From positions 480,001 to 512,000 of the forward strand of contig NC_004460.2 in assembly GCF_000039765.1 (NCBI RefSeq): a stretch of 32,000 nt of DNA, read 5' to 3'. This document shows positions 18,438 to 28,007 of the stretch, piece after piece; the stretch's first letter is position 1; each line of letters opens with the position of its first letter. The notes beneath the pieces were generated by a model that saw nothing but the letters and a program-made list of their open reading frames with translations, did no database searches and was not told the DNA's origin. Source of the DNA: Vibrio vulnificus CMCP6. Lineage in GTDB: Bacteria; Pseudomonadota; Gammaproteobacteria; Enterobacterales; Vibrionaceae. The position numbers and the translations under genes are program-made.

Positions 18438-19088
18438 ATGAAAAAAGTAGCGGTGATACTCAGTGGTTGTGGTGTGTTTGATGGCAGCGAAATTCACGAG
18501 GCGGTTCTAGCCCTCTATGCGATTGAGAAAGCAGGTGCAAGTTGGCATTGTTATGCGCCAAACATCGAACAACTGCATGTGATCAATCATAAAACCGGTG
18601 AAGAGATGGATGAATCCAGAAACGTTTTGGTAGAGTCTGCCCGCATCGCACGTGGCAATATTGATGATGTCAGTAAACTAAAGGTCGACGATTACGATGC
18701 GCTGCTTTTGCCGGGCGGATTTGGCGCTGCAAAGAACTTAACCAATTTCGCGATTTCTGGCGCAGAATGCCAAGTAAATGAAAGTGTCGCCAAAGCCTGT
18801 CGCGACTTTGCCCAAGCGGGCAAGCCTGCGGGTTATCTGTGCATTGCACCAACCATTATCCCTATGGTCTACGCTTCGGGCGTTGAAGGGACCATTGGCA
18901 GCGATGTCGCAACCGCGGCGGCATTTAATCAAATGGGAGGTAAGCACGTTGAGTGCTCAGTCGAAGAGATGCATTTCGACTCACAACATAAGGTACTCTC
19001 TACCCCAGCTTATATGCTTGCAGGTTCCATTGTCGAAGCCGCATCAGGGATCGAGAAACTGGTTAACAAACTGGTCGAAATCGCCTAA
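18438..19088 (+). CDS. elbB: Isoprenoid biosynthesis glyoxalase ElbB (DJ-1/PfpI superfamily)
   Basis: MKKVAVILSGCGVFDGSEIHEAVLALYAIEKAGASWHCYAPN...HVINHKTGEEMDESRNVLVESARIARG...DYDALLLPGGFGAAKNLTNFA...PAGYLCIAPTIIPMVY. Confidence 0.95.
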   Translation: MKKVAVILSGCGVFDGSEIHEAVLALYAIEKAGASWHCYAPNIEQLHVINHKTGEEMDESRNVLVESARIARGNIDDVSKLKVDDYDALLLPGGFGAAKNLTNFAISGAECQVNESVAKACRDFAQAGKPAGYLCIAPTIIPMVYASGVEGTIGSDVATAAAFNQMGGKHVECSVEEMHFDSQHKVLSTPAYMLAGSIVEAASGIEKLVNKLVEIA

Positions 19089-19108
19089 ATAACCATCTCG
19101 TGATTTAA

Positions 19109-20089
19109 CTACTCAATTCCCTCCCAGCCTTTGGGGGGGAGTAAATTCCAGCGGCGCATTTCCGAATCACTGTAAAGGGGCCTTCCCTGATTACCGATTT
19201 GGATGGGAATCGCATCAGCCGATTGACCATCAATCAGTTGATTGATAATTCGACCAACATGTCGACCTTGTACTTCACCAAACAGCAGTACGCCACCTGC
19301 TGTTTTTCCTTTGCCAACCGAAAAGTCCCAAAAACCAAACAAAGGCACTTCCGAATGTTGATTGGTCCAAAATAAGATCTCATCAGAAGGAACACTTTTC
19401 CCCTTATCATCCACAAGCGTGTGATACAGCCCGACTAAAATCGCGTCGACGTTTTCCTCTTTCGCTCGTCTTACCGTCTCTTGCCAATGAGCCTGAGTAT
19501 CGACAAGATGAATCGCCACTTCGACCCCCAGACTCTTTTTAATCATCTGATATTGGCTTTCAATATATTCCCCTGCAATGGCAGAGGTCACGCCAGAGTC
19601 AAACAGCACCCAAATTTTCAATGGTGAGCGACCGAGGATCCGCTTGATTTCCCCAACGTTTTTCACAAACAGAGGCAACTCTAAAATGCCGGTCACTTTG
19701 GCTTGTCCGGGATAGTCCGCAAACAGCTTACGAGGGTTGGAATTAATACCAAGAAACACCATGGAAATGGGTTCATCATACAGATACGGATAGAGATAGC
19801 TCAGCGCATTATCGTCACCCAGCACAACAATATCTGGCTTCATTGCCTGGTACTTCGCAAACGCTTTTTCCGCCATTGCGGCGTATTGCTCTTTGGGGAC
19901 CCGCTTAGTGTTCATTTCAACAGTGGCTATCTGAGCGCGCTCACCGACCTCTTGCCGAATCCCATACAAATAGCTTTCATCCCACTCATACTGAGCATGG
20001 TAGCTCTCAATGATCAGCACTTTTGCGCTGTAAGCGAAAGAAGAAACAAAGATCCAACTCAGTATTATCAACGCTAAAACGGCTCTCAT
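19109..20089 (-). CDS. Periplasmic ABC transporter substrate-binding-like protein (solo binding protein)
   Basis: Signal peptide (MRAVLALIILSWIFVSSFAYSA) then KVLIIESYHAQYEWDESYLYGIRQ...KPDIVVLGDDNALSYLYPYL...PISMVFLGINSNPR...; type-I-like binding protein with no ABC permease/ATPase nearby. Confidence 0.78.
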   Translation of the reverse strand: MRAVLALIILSWIFVSSFAYSAKVLIIESYHAQYEWDESYLYGIRQEVGERAQIATVEMNTKRVPKEQYAAMAEKAFAKYQAMKPDIVVLGDDNALSYLYPYLYDEPISMVFLGINSNPRKLFADYPGQAKVTGILELPLFVKNVGEIKRILGRSPLKIWVLFDSGVTSAIAGEYIESQYQMIKKSLGVEVAIHLVDTQAHWQETVRRAKEENVDAILVGLYHTLVDDKGKSVPSDEILFWTNQHSEVPLFGFWDFSVGKGKTAGGVLLFGEVQGRHVGRIINQLIDGQSADAIPIQIGNQGRPLYSDSEMRRWNLLPPKGWEGIE

Positions 20090-20166
20090 GTGGCTGCCTC
20101 TCTATGACGTCATGAACTGAGTGTAGTCAAACTCCGTGAATTACGCTTATTTCAATCGAGTTCAGC

Positions 20167-22164
20167 ATGGGTGTCTATAATGAAGCTATTAGGACCAAGA
20201 AAAGCTGGGATGCTATGAGCCGTAAACACAATTATGAAGAAAGTATCAATAATCCGCTGTTTAGCCGAATTGGCCGGCGAATCATTCTCATCATGATATT
20301 GTTGAGTGGTCTTTTTACTTTGTTTACCACCCTGCTCCAGCTCTACTGGGACTACGACAAAGAGTTTAATGATGTTGAACAACGTCACTACGAAATTCAA
20401 AACGTCCATGCAGGGCTCCTGTCGGCGTCTTTGTGGTCATTCGATTTGGTGCTCTTGCAAGAACGGCTCGATGGTTTAGTGAACCTACCGAAAATTGACT
20501 ACCTTGAAATCAAATCGGGAGACTACACTTTCAGCGCAGGAGAACGTGTAGAACAAGGCGCCATTGCCGATACCTACCCACTGACCTACTACAACGCCAT
20601 GGACGGCAATATGGAAACCATAGGTACCATCTATGTTGAATCCGACGCGCAAGAGATTTATCACTATTTGCTGAAACAGTTCCTCGTGACCCTCACACTC
20701 AACGCGTTAAAAACAGCCTTTGTTTGCTACATTATATTGATGATCTTTCACGCCAGCGTGAACCGTCGGATCTTCGAAATCGCTCAGTATCTGCGGCGTT
20801 ACAATCCGCGTCATCCGTCTGATCCACTTCAACTTGCGCATTACCAATGGATCATGGAAAACGATGACGAGCTCGATTGGTTAGGTGAAGAAACCAACCG
20901 CATCACTGGCAATGTCACCACCTTGTATCGCAATATCAAACAGGAACAGGAGCGGCTGGCGGATTTCACCCACGTCTCTTCAGATTGGTTATGGGAAACC
21001 GACGAACTGGGCAGGCTGATATATTGTTCAGAAGCCATGATGGAACAGTTGGGTATCGAACCTTTAGAAAAGCCGTTACTGATTGAAATTGAAGCCTTAT
21101 CTGATGCCAAAAATCTCACCAGTTACATGCTTAAGCGTAACGACTTTGCCATGTGTGAAGAGAGCATCACCTTAAACTGCATTACTTACCATCTTCTTTT
21201 TCAAGCCATAGCGAAATATGAAGAGAACAAATTTCTCGGTTTTCGTGGTACCACGATTAATATTACAGACCTCAAACTCACACAGATCGAACTGCAACAA
21301 CTCAACCAAAACCTTGAGCATGAAGTGGCGGTAAGAACCCTCGACTTAAAGCAAAGCATGGAACAGCTCAAAGCCACGCAAGAACAGCTAGTGGAATCAG
21401 AAAAACTGGCAGCATTGGGCGGGCTTGTTGCTGGTGTTGCACACGAAGTCAACACCCCACTTGGTATCGCCGTGACCGCCTCTTCGATTATTCGAGATGC
21501 CTCTATTGAGCTCAATCAAGCCTTTTCCAATCAAACCTTAACCAGCGCACAATTTGCCGACGTGATGCAGAGAATTTCTGACAGCAGCCAAATGCTGGAA
21601 AACAACCTTAACCGTGCAGCAAAACTGATCCGAGATTTCAAACAAACGGCGGTCGATCAAATCTCCGAAAGCCGCAGCGAGTTCAATGTCAAACAAGTGC
21701 TTGATGCGTTAATTGCCAGCCTGCATCCCGAAACACGCAAGGTGCCTGTGGCTCCCGTCGTGGATTCGCCAGAGGATGTGGTCATGAACAGTTTGCCCGG
21801 TGTTCTCACTCAAATCGTCTCTAATCTTGTCCTCAACAGTGTCAATCACGCCTTCGGTACTCAGCCAAACCCCGAGATTCTTGTCCGCATTTCTGAACAA
21901 GAACAAAACGTCATATTGGAATATCAAGACAACGGCTCCGGCGTTGACGAATCTCTACATCAAAAGATTTTCGAGCCGTTTTATACCAGTAAACGAGGAA
22001 AAGGTGGTTCTGGATTAGGCTTAAATCTGGTGTTTAATTTAGTCAAACAAAAGCTCAAAGGTGATCTCTCTTTTCATTCAGAGCCAAACCAAGGCGTGCA
22101 TTTTGTAATTACACTGCCCAAAGAACTGCCAATGCAAATAGAGCTTGCTCAAAAAAGTGCCTGA
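20167..22164 (+). CDS. Sensor histidine kinase with periplasmic sensor region and PAS domain
   Basis: Two TMs (RIILIMILLSGLFTLFTTLLQLYW; TLTLNALKTAFVCYIILMIFH), PAS-like TLDWLWETDELGRLIYCSEA region, H-box GGLVAGVAHEVNTPLGIA, N/G boxes IVSNLVLNSVNHAF, LEYQDNGSGV, GGSGLGLNLV. Alternative start ATG 20215. No receiver domain. Confidence 0.93.
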   Translation: MGVYNEAIRTKKSWDAMSRKHNYEESINNPLFSRIGRRIILIMILLSGLFTLFTTLLQLYWDYDKEFNDVEQRHYEIQNVHAGLLSASLWSFDLVLLQERLDGLVNLPKIDYLEIKSGDYTFSAGERVEQGAIADTYPLTYYNAMDGNMETIGTIYVESDAQEIYHYLLKQFLVTLTLNALKTAFVCYIILMIFHASVNRRIFEIAQYLRRYNPRHPSDPLQLAHYQWIMENDDELDWLGEETNRITGNVTTLYRNIKQEQERLADFTHVSSDWLWETDELGRLIYCSEAMMEQLGIEPLEKPLLIEIEALSDAKNLTSYMLKRNDFAMCEESITLNCITYHLLFQAIAKYEENKFLGFRGTTINITDLKLTQIELQQLNQNLEHEVAVRTLDLKQSMEQLKATQEQLVESEKLAALGGLVAGVAHEVNTPLGIAVTASSIIRDASIELNQAFSNQTLTSAQFADVMQRISDSSQMLENNLNRAAKLIRDFKQTAVDQISESRSEFNVKQVLDALIASLHPETRKVPVAPVVDSPEDVVMNSLPGVLTQIVSNLVLNSVNHAFGTQPNPEILVRISEQEQNVILEYQDNGSGVDESLHQKIFEPFYTSKRGKGGSGLGLNLVFNLVKQKLKGDLSFHSEPNQGVHFVITLPKELPMQIELAQKSA

Positions 22165-22175
22165 TTCCACGACAA

Positions 22176-22203
22176 GAACCCCGTGCTAAATAGCACGGGG
22201 TTC
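22176..22203. terminator. Stem-loop between convergent histidine kinase and HD-GYP genes
   Basis: gaaccccgtgct-aaat-agcacggggttc perfect 12-bp stem; no clean U tract on either strand. Confidence 0.55.
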
Positions 22204-22253
22204 GCAGAAAAAAGCAAGAGCTGAGAAATAAAAAAGGATAACCAAAGGACTCG

Positions 22254-23795
22254 CTAGTCAGGATGCTGAATACGAATATCGATAAACGCTTGCCAATTTT
22301 CCAACAACAAATCCACTAATCGGGGATCGAAATGTTTGCCTTTTTGCGCTTCGATTTCTTGGCGAATTTGTTCATCAGACCACGGTTCTTTGTAGCTGCG
22401 TTTTGCCCCTAACGCATCAAACACATCCGCCAAGCCCGTAATTCGGCCACTGATCGGGATCGCCTCTCCTTGCAACCCCATCGGATACCCTGAACCATCC
22501 CACTTTTCGTGATGCGTCCCAGCGATTTCTTTTGCAATGGCGAAGAGGCGTCGTTTGGATTTACTCAAGATGTTGACGCCATATTCGACGTGCTTTTTCA
22601 TGATTTCCCACTCTTGTGCATCCAGCTTACCGGGCTTATGAAGAATGTTGTCAGGAATCGCGACTTTGCCCACATCATGCAACGGTGAAGCGTGCTTGAT
22701 CAAATTGACTTCAAAATCACTGAGTCCGTACAACTGCGCCAGTTTCTCTGAAATCAACGAAACGCGTTGTACGTGCGCGCCGGTTTCTTTGCTGCGTGCT
22801 TCCACCGCATTGGCCAAGTTGTAGACCAGCTCCTTGGAGGTCTCTCGGACATCAAGCAACAAATTAAGATTTTCAAAGGTAAGCCCAATATTTTGCATGT
22901 AGATTTCAAGCAGTTGCCGATCTAACTCAGACAACTGCTTATTGAGATTCACATAGAGTAAGTTGTCCACGCCCTGCTCATCATGGCTATACAACACAAA
23001 CGCATCACCAAAGTGCGTGGTTTGATGGCTCTCCAACACTTGCTGACATCGCTCTGCCACCAGCTCTGGCAGTTTTTCAAACGCACACTCTGAATAGAGA
23101 TCAACATAAGAACCCGTCGCTGCCAGCGTCATGGCTCGGCAAACCTCGCCGTTAGGGTCGGGCTTAACAATGCAATAAAAAGCGGATTTTTCTAACTTGA
23201 GCAATGAAGTGAGCTGCTCTAACACGGCTGAAGCGTAGTGCTGCAGAGAGGTGGTATTTTGTACATAGGCAGAGGCTTGAATCACCTTACTCAAACCTTC
23301 TTTCTGTTCTTCTATCAAACAAAGGTCGCGATAAGCGCGCAACATGGAATAGAGAACGGTTTTCAACTTTTGCGTGGTGAGCTCAGTTTTCTCTTTATAG
23401 TCATCAATCTCATATTCCTTGATGACGATATCTTCTGGAGCCTGCCCTGCTTGCCCCGTCCTGAGCACGAGACGAATCAAGCGGTTCTTCATTTGCTCGC
23501 GAATGAACTTAACCAACTCAAGGCCCGCATGCTCGGTTTCCATCACCACATCGACAAACGCAACGGCAATATCCGTCTGCTGCTGCAAAATCTGCCGAGC
23601 CTCTTGCCCTGATAGCGCGGAGATGAGCTCCAACTTTCTTTCTTGGAATTGAAAACCACTCAGTGCTAATCGAGTGACTTGATGCATTTGTTCATCATCA
23701 TCCACCAGCAAAACTTTCCATGGCTTACATAGGCGAAGGCTCTGTGTAGGCTCTTGAGGTTGATTTTCTGCACGATGGTCTGCAAACAAGTCCAT
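22254..23795 (-). CDS. Response regulator with REC, intermediate (DUF3369-like) and HD-GYP c-di-GMP phosphodiesterase domains
   Basis: KVLLVDDDEQMHQVTRLAL...VAFVDVVMETEHAGLELVKFIRE (REC), then NLANAVEARSKETGAHVQRVSLIS...ASPLHDVGKVAIPDNILHKPGKL...HHEKWDGSGYPMGLQGEAIP...DALG (HD-GYP, intact). Confidence 0.95.
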   Translation of the reverse strand: MDLFADHRAENQPQEPTQSLRLCKPWKVLLVDDDEQMHQVTRLALSGFQFQERKLELISALSGQEARQILQQQTDIAVAFVDVVMETEHAGLELVKFIREQMKNRLIRLVLRTGQAGQAPEDIVIKEYEIDDYKEKTELTTQKLKTVLYSMLRAYRDLCLIEEQKEGLSKVIQASAYVQNTTSLQHYASAVLEQLTSLLKLEKSAFYCIVKPDPNGEVCRAMTLAATGSYVDLYSECAFEKLPELVAERCQQVLESHQTTHFGDAFVLYSHDEQGVDNLLYVNLNKQLSELDRQLLEIYMQNIGLTFENLNLLLDVRETSKELVYNLANAVEARSKETGAHVQRVSLISEKLAQLYGLSDFEVNLIKHASPLHDVGKVAIPDNILHKPGKLDAQEWEIMKKHVEYGVNILSKSKRRLFAIAKEIAGTHHEKWDGSGYPMGLQGEAIPISGRITGLADVFDALGAKRSYKEPWSDEQIRQEIEAQKGKHFDPRLVDLLLENWQAFIDIRIQHPD

Positions 23796-23890
23796 TTGTC
23801 ACCCTCTCCATTTTTGTTACTCACACTCTAGGTTTAGCACAAATTCAACGGAGAAAGAGGAGCAAAAGCACAAAAACAGCATGATGAGTT

Positions 23891-24211
23891 TCAATCGCTT
23901 AGCGTTTCTTCAAAAATGCCAAGTTCTTTGCCTAACCAGTGAGCACGTTCAGTGTGGTCGAGTAAATGCTCGTCACTGACCGGATGAATCAATACGGATA
24001 GATCGCCGCGATGTGCATCCAACCATTCAATCAAACCGTGTTGATTATCACGAAAGTGCAGCTCAAACATCGGCATCTTATGCGGGCCAACAAGACGATC
24101 GACCAGCGGAAATATTGCTGTGACATCTTGGCGTTCATTGCGGATCTGCTGGTGAATCTTCAACGCATCTTGGCGACGAATCAAAGGGTAATAAACATGG
24201 GCGTGAAACAT
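23891..24211 (-). CDS. DOPA 4,5-dioxygenase family protein
   Basis: MFHAHVYYPLIRRQDALKIHQQIRN...VGPHKMPMFELHFRDNQHGLIEWLDAHRGDLSVLIHPVSDEHLLDHTERAHWLG; start at 24211 preferred over the track start 24274. Confidence 0.88.
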   Translation of the reverse strand: MFHAHVYYPLIRRQDALKIHQQIRNERQDVTAIFPLVDRLVGPHKMPMFELHFRDNQHGLIEWLDAHRGDLSVLIHPVSDEHLLDHTERAHWLGKELGIFEETLSD

Positions 24212-24378
24212 ACAGAGTAACCTTTTTGAAATAATTTGTTTCATTCTAGCGGTTTGTTGAGCGTTTCCAATCAACAGATATCGATAGAGTCTATCAAAAA
24301 AATCGAAGATCCCGATGAAAAAGCCTCTTTTGTCACATTGCTGAGGCGAAAAACAGGTGCTAGACTTTCGGCGATCAA

Positions 24379-24449
24379 CGCTTCATATAATCCTAATGAT
24401 ATGGTTTGGGAGTTTCTACCAAGAGCCTTAAACTCTTGATTATGAAGTC
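24379..24449 (+). promoter_or_regulatory. Adenine-sensing purine riboswitch aptamer (add riboswitch)
   Basis: cgcttcatataatcctaatgatatggtttgggagtttctaccaagagccttaaactcttgattatgaagtc matches from memory the crystallised V. vulnificus add aptamer over 70 of 71 nt. Ligand-contact U22, U47, U51 and adenine-specifying U74 map to T at 24388, 24413, 24417, 24440. Confidence 0.97.
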
Positions 24450-24488
24450 TGTCGCTTTATCCGAAATTTTATAAAGAGAAGACTCATG
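24441..24488 (+). promoter_or_regulatory. Translational expression platform of the add riboswitch (sequesters SD/AUG)
   Basis: atgaagtct (24442-24450) can pair with agactcat (24480-24487) around a ctttat/ataaag inner stem, occluding the GAGA SD and the ATG at 24486; the aptamer P1 3' strand overlaps atgaag, giving mutually exclusive folds. Confidence 0.88.
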
Positions 24489-25481
24489 AATTACTTTGAC
24501 CTGCCGAAGATCGATTTGCACTGCCACCTAGATGGTAGCGTACGCCCGCAGACCATTATTGACCTTGCTGACGAACAGAACCTCACTTTGCCATCACGTG
24601 ACATTAACGTGATCAAAGAGATGATGGTTGCACCAGAAACTTGCCCAAATTTGGATGAGTATCTGAAACGCTTTGAGTTGCCAGGTATGGTCATGCAAAC
24701 GGCAGAAGCGCTAGAGAGAATTTCATTTGAGCTATTCGAAGACGCTGCAAACGAGAACGTCAAATATTTAGAAGTTCGCTTTGGCCCGCTTTTACACCAA
24801 GTAAAAGGCTTAAGCCTTGACGACATCATGGACAGCGTGGTCCGTGGAATGAAACGTGCAGAAGCGCAATACGACATCCACGGTAACTACATTTTGTCTA
24901 TTCTACGCACCATGCCAAAAGACCAAATTAAAGCGGTTTTAGAAGCAGGCGCAAAACACCTTAACGATGGTATTGTGGCTTTTGACCTCGCTGGCTCTGA
25001 AGTTCCTGGATTCTGTCACGAGTTTGTTCCTTACGCACAATACGCAAAAGAATTGGGTTACCGCATCACTATTCACGCAGGTGAGCAAGGTGCAGGACAA
25101 AACGTCTATGACGCGATTTCTTTGCTTGGCGCAGAGCGTGTTGGCCACGGCATCTTCATCCACAACCACCCAGAAGCTTACCAGCTCGTTAAAGGGGAAG
25201 AAGTGGCTCTGGAAACGTGCCCTAGCAGTAACGTTCAGACCAAAGCCGTCAACAGCTTGAGTGAACATCCAATTAAAGCGTTCTACAAAGACGGTATTGC
25301 CGTAACGATCAACACCGACAACCGTACCGTGTCGAACACCACGATGACCGACGAAGTGCGTAAAGTCGTTGAAGCGTTTGAACTGACAGAAGCGGAATAC
25401 TTCGATATCTACACCATCAGTGTCAACAATGCCTTCACCTCTGATGCGGTTAAACAGCATCTATTGAGCTTCGCTCAGTAA
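24486..25481 (+). CDS. add: Adenosine deaminase
   Basis: [65 protein letters not shown]; downstream of the adenine riboswitch. Confidence 0.98.
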   Translation: MNYFDLPKIDLHCHLDGSVRPQTIIDLADEQNLTLPSRDINVIKEMMVAPETCPNLDEYLKRFELPGMVMQTAEALERISFELFEDAANENVKYLEVRFGPLLHQVKGLSLDDIMDSVVRGMKRAEAQYDIHGNYILSILRTMPKDQIKAVLEAGAKHLNDGIVAFDLAGSEVPGFCHEFVPYAQYAKELGYRITIHAGEQGAGQNVYDAISLLGAERVGHGIFIHNHPEAYQLVKGEEVALETCPSSNVQTKAVNSLSEHPIKAFYKDGIAVTINTDNRTVSNTTMTDEVRKVVEAFELTEAEYFDIYTISVNNAFTSDAVKQHLLSFAQ

Positions 25482-25508
25482 GCGTTAGGCAAACCAATAT
25501 CGATAATG

Positions 25509-25533
25509 CGCCTTCCCAACGGAAGGCGTTTTT
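25509..25533 (+). terminator. Intrinsic terminator downstream of add
   Basis: cgccttcc-caac-ggaaggcg-ttttt. Confidence 0.92.
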
Positions 25534-25936
25534 CATTCCACCACAGCAAACGCTCATCTTTTTTTCACGAATATTCTGAGATGTTTTGTGTCAACCCTAG
25601 TCATTTCCTTCAAATTTTAACAAGCCCAAATGCCAAAGCTGAAACATTGTCCTAATTCTCAGCGGTGTAAGGCAGAGTTTACTGCTTGAAAACAAACTAA
25701 TCTTAGCGAAATTTAACATTTTGATTACACTTACAGTAAATCGGATGTCCCAAGATGGAACACTGTGGAAGTGGATAAATGCAGAAGCATCAAATAGCCA
25801 CTTTCGCTTTCACAGGAGACAATTTTAAGAAATGGCGCATATCTAGCGCATCTCATGTGATGTGAATTGGACATTCTCTTTCAGTCTTGTGTCAGCTTAT
25901 CTCCTGTGGCGATAGGCTTATCAAAAGGAGCTTGAG

Positions 25937-27031
25937 ATGAATATTCAGGCACTGCCAATGCACCGATTCCTCGACTATGAAGGGAATGTGCAAAGCCCAC
26001 TCCCTTCTTGGGCTAGTGAGGAGCGTCTTGTCCAATTTTACCGTGACATGCTCATCACCAGAGCGTACGACAACAAAGCGGTGGCGCTACAAAGAACGGG
26101 GAAACTTGGCACCTACCCATCCCACCTTGGCTCTGAAGCGTTTGGGGTTGGCATTGGTCATGCGCTCAAACCTTCTGACGTGTTCATTCCTTACTATCGG
26201 GACATGCCCGCCATGTGGGTTCGTGGTATTGGCATGGAGAAAAACCTGCAATATTGGGGCGGAGATGAACGCGGCAGTGATTTTTGTCCCGAGGAAAGTC
26301 ACTTACGCTGTTCCGATCTACCCTTCTGTGTCCCCATTGCCACCCAATGCACGCACGCGGTTGGCGTTGCCTCCGCACTCAAAATTCAAGGTAATCATGA
26401 CGCCGCTTTAGTGACCTGTGGCGATGGCGCTACCTCCAAAGGCGATTTTTTGGAATCCATCAACTGCGCTGGCGTATGGCATTTGCCTTTGGTGTTTGTC
26501 GTTAACAACAACCAGTGGGCGATCTCCGTTCCTCGTCAGTTGCAATGTGCGGCGGATTTGTTGTCAGAGAAAGCCAAAGGAGCTGGCATTCCCGGTATCA
26601 CCGTGGATGGCAATGACGTGGTCGCTGTTTATGATGCCGTTAACAACGCTCTGGACAGAGCGCGAAAAGGCAAAGGCGCGACATTGATTGAAGCGATCAG
26701 CTATCGCCTGAGTGATCACACCACTGCCGACGATGCAAGCCGATATCGCAGTGCCGATGAGCTAAAACAAGCATGGCAGTATGAACCGATCAAGCGCCTT
26801 CAAGCCTATTTAACCGCTCAAGGGCTTTGGAATGAAGAGCTCGAGCAACAATGGTTAGCCCATTGCAAACAACAAGTAGAGCAAGCCGTCGCACACTATC
26901 TTTCGCTTCCGCCACAAGCCCCTGAAAGTGCCTTTGATTATCTCTATGCCTCGCTGCCGGTCGAGCTTCATGCTCAACGAGACATGTTAATTAATAAAGC
27001 AATGCGTATGCAGGGAGGCAAACATGGCTGA
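25937..27031 (+). CDS. 2-oxoacid dehydrogenase (branched-chain type) E1 component, alpha subunit
   Basis: TPP-binding motif TCGDGATSKGDFLESINCAGVWHLPLVFVVNNNQWAIS; SYRLSDHTTADDASRYR; SD aaggag upstream of ATG 25937. Confidence 0.93.
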   Translation: MNIQALPMHRFLDYEGNVQSPLPSWASEERLVQFYRDMLITRAYDNKAVALQRTGKLGTYPSHLGSEAFGVGIGHALKPSDVFIPYYRDMPAMWVRGIGMEKNLQYWGGDERGSDFCPEESHLRCSDLPFCVPIATQCTHAVGVASALKIQGNHDAALVTCGDGATSKGDFLESINCAGVWHLPLVFVVNNNQWAISVPRQLQCAADLLSEKAKGAGIPGITVDGNDVVAVYDAVNNALDRARKGKGATLIEAISYRLSDHTTADDASRYRSADELKQAWQYEPIKRLQAYLTAQGLWNEELEQQWLAHCKQQVEQAVAHYLSLPPQAPESAFDYLYASLPVELHAQRDMLINKAMRMQGGKHG

Positions 27032-28007
27032 ACTAACCCTAGTTGAAGCGGTCAACCTCGCCCTTCATCACGAGATGGACCGCGATGCAAACGTCGTGGT
27101 GCTTGGTGAAGATGTGGGAGACAACGGCGGCGTGTTTCGCGCAACCGTCGGTCTCAAACAGAAATTTGGCCTAAAGCGCGTAATGGACTCACCACTGGCC
27201 GAAGCGTTAATTGGTGGTGTAGCGGTGGGTATGGCAACACAAGGATTGAGGCCGGTGGCTGAATTTCAGTTTCAAGGCTTTGTGTTTCCAGCGATGGAGC
27301 ATCTGATTTGTCACGCGGCAAGAATGCGAAACCGCACTCGAGGACGCCTCACCTGTCCTGCGGTGTTTCGTGCCCCTTTTGGCGGCGGTATTCACGCCCC
27401 AGAGCACCACTCTGAAAGTATCGAAGCGCTCTTTGCTCATATTCCCGGCTTTAAGGTGGTGATTCCTTCTTCACCTCAGCGCGCTTACGGCCTTTTGCTC
27501 GCTGCCATCCGCAGTGATGATCCTGTGATGTTCTTTGAACCCAAACGCATTTACCGCACCGTCAAATCAGAGGTGATGGATAACGGCGAAGCGCTACCAC
27601 TTGATAGCTGTTTCACCTTACGTAAAGGCCGCGATGTAACCTTGGTGACTTGGGGCGCGTGCGTGGTGGAATCTCTGCAAGCCGCTCAAACGCTCTCCTC
27701 ACAAGGCATTGAGGCGGAGGTGATTGATTTAGCCAGTATCAAGCCGCTTGATATGGCGACCATTTTCCAATCTTTAGAAAAAACCGGACGTTTATTGGTG
27801 GTGCACGAGGCCAGTCGCAGTGGCGGTGTGGGTGGCGAGATCATTGCCCGCGTCGCTGAGCAGGCAATGTGCTTGCTGAAAGCACCACCTAAACGCGTGA
27901 CGGGTATGGATACCGTCATGCCTTACTACCGCAATGAGGATTACTTCATGATTCAAGAGCAAGATATTGTGCTCGCCGCTCGTGAGCTTATGGAGGGCTG
28001 GAAATGA
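27024..28007 (+). CDS. 2-oxoacid dehydrogenase E1 component, beta subunit
   Basis: VVLGEDVGDNGGVFRATVGLKQKFGLKRVMDSPLAEALIGGVAVGMATQGLRPVAEFQFQGFVFPA; overlaps the alpha subunit by 8 nt. Confidence 0.94.
   Translation: MAELTLVEAVNLALHHEMDRDANVVVLGEDVGDNGGVFRATVGLKQKFGLKRVMDSPLAEALIGGVAVGMATQGLRPVAEFQFQGFVFPAMEHLICHAARMRNRTRGRLTCPAVFRAPFGGGIHAPEHHSESIEALFAHIPGFKVVIPSSPQRAYGLLLAAIRSDDPVMFFEPKRIYRTVKSEVMDNGEALPLDSCFTLRKGRDVTLVTWGACVVESLQAAQTLSSQGIEAEVIDLASIKPLDMATIFQSLEKTGRLLVVHEASRSGGVGGEIIARVAEQAMCLLKAPPKRVTGMDTVMPYYRNEDYFMIQEQDIVLAARELMEGWK

Noticed and set aside
24236-24439. 67-aa plus-strand ORF upstream of add (MFHSSGLLSVSNQQ...)
   Set aside because: It begins at TTG with no convincing SD and its 3' third is the adenine riboswitch aptamer (24379-24449), so the apparent coding sequence is explained by structured RNA.
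24939-25460. 173-aa minus-strand ORF antisense to add
   Set aside because: Entirely within add; no recognisable domain, typical antisense open frame.
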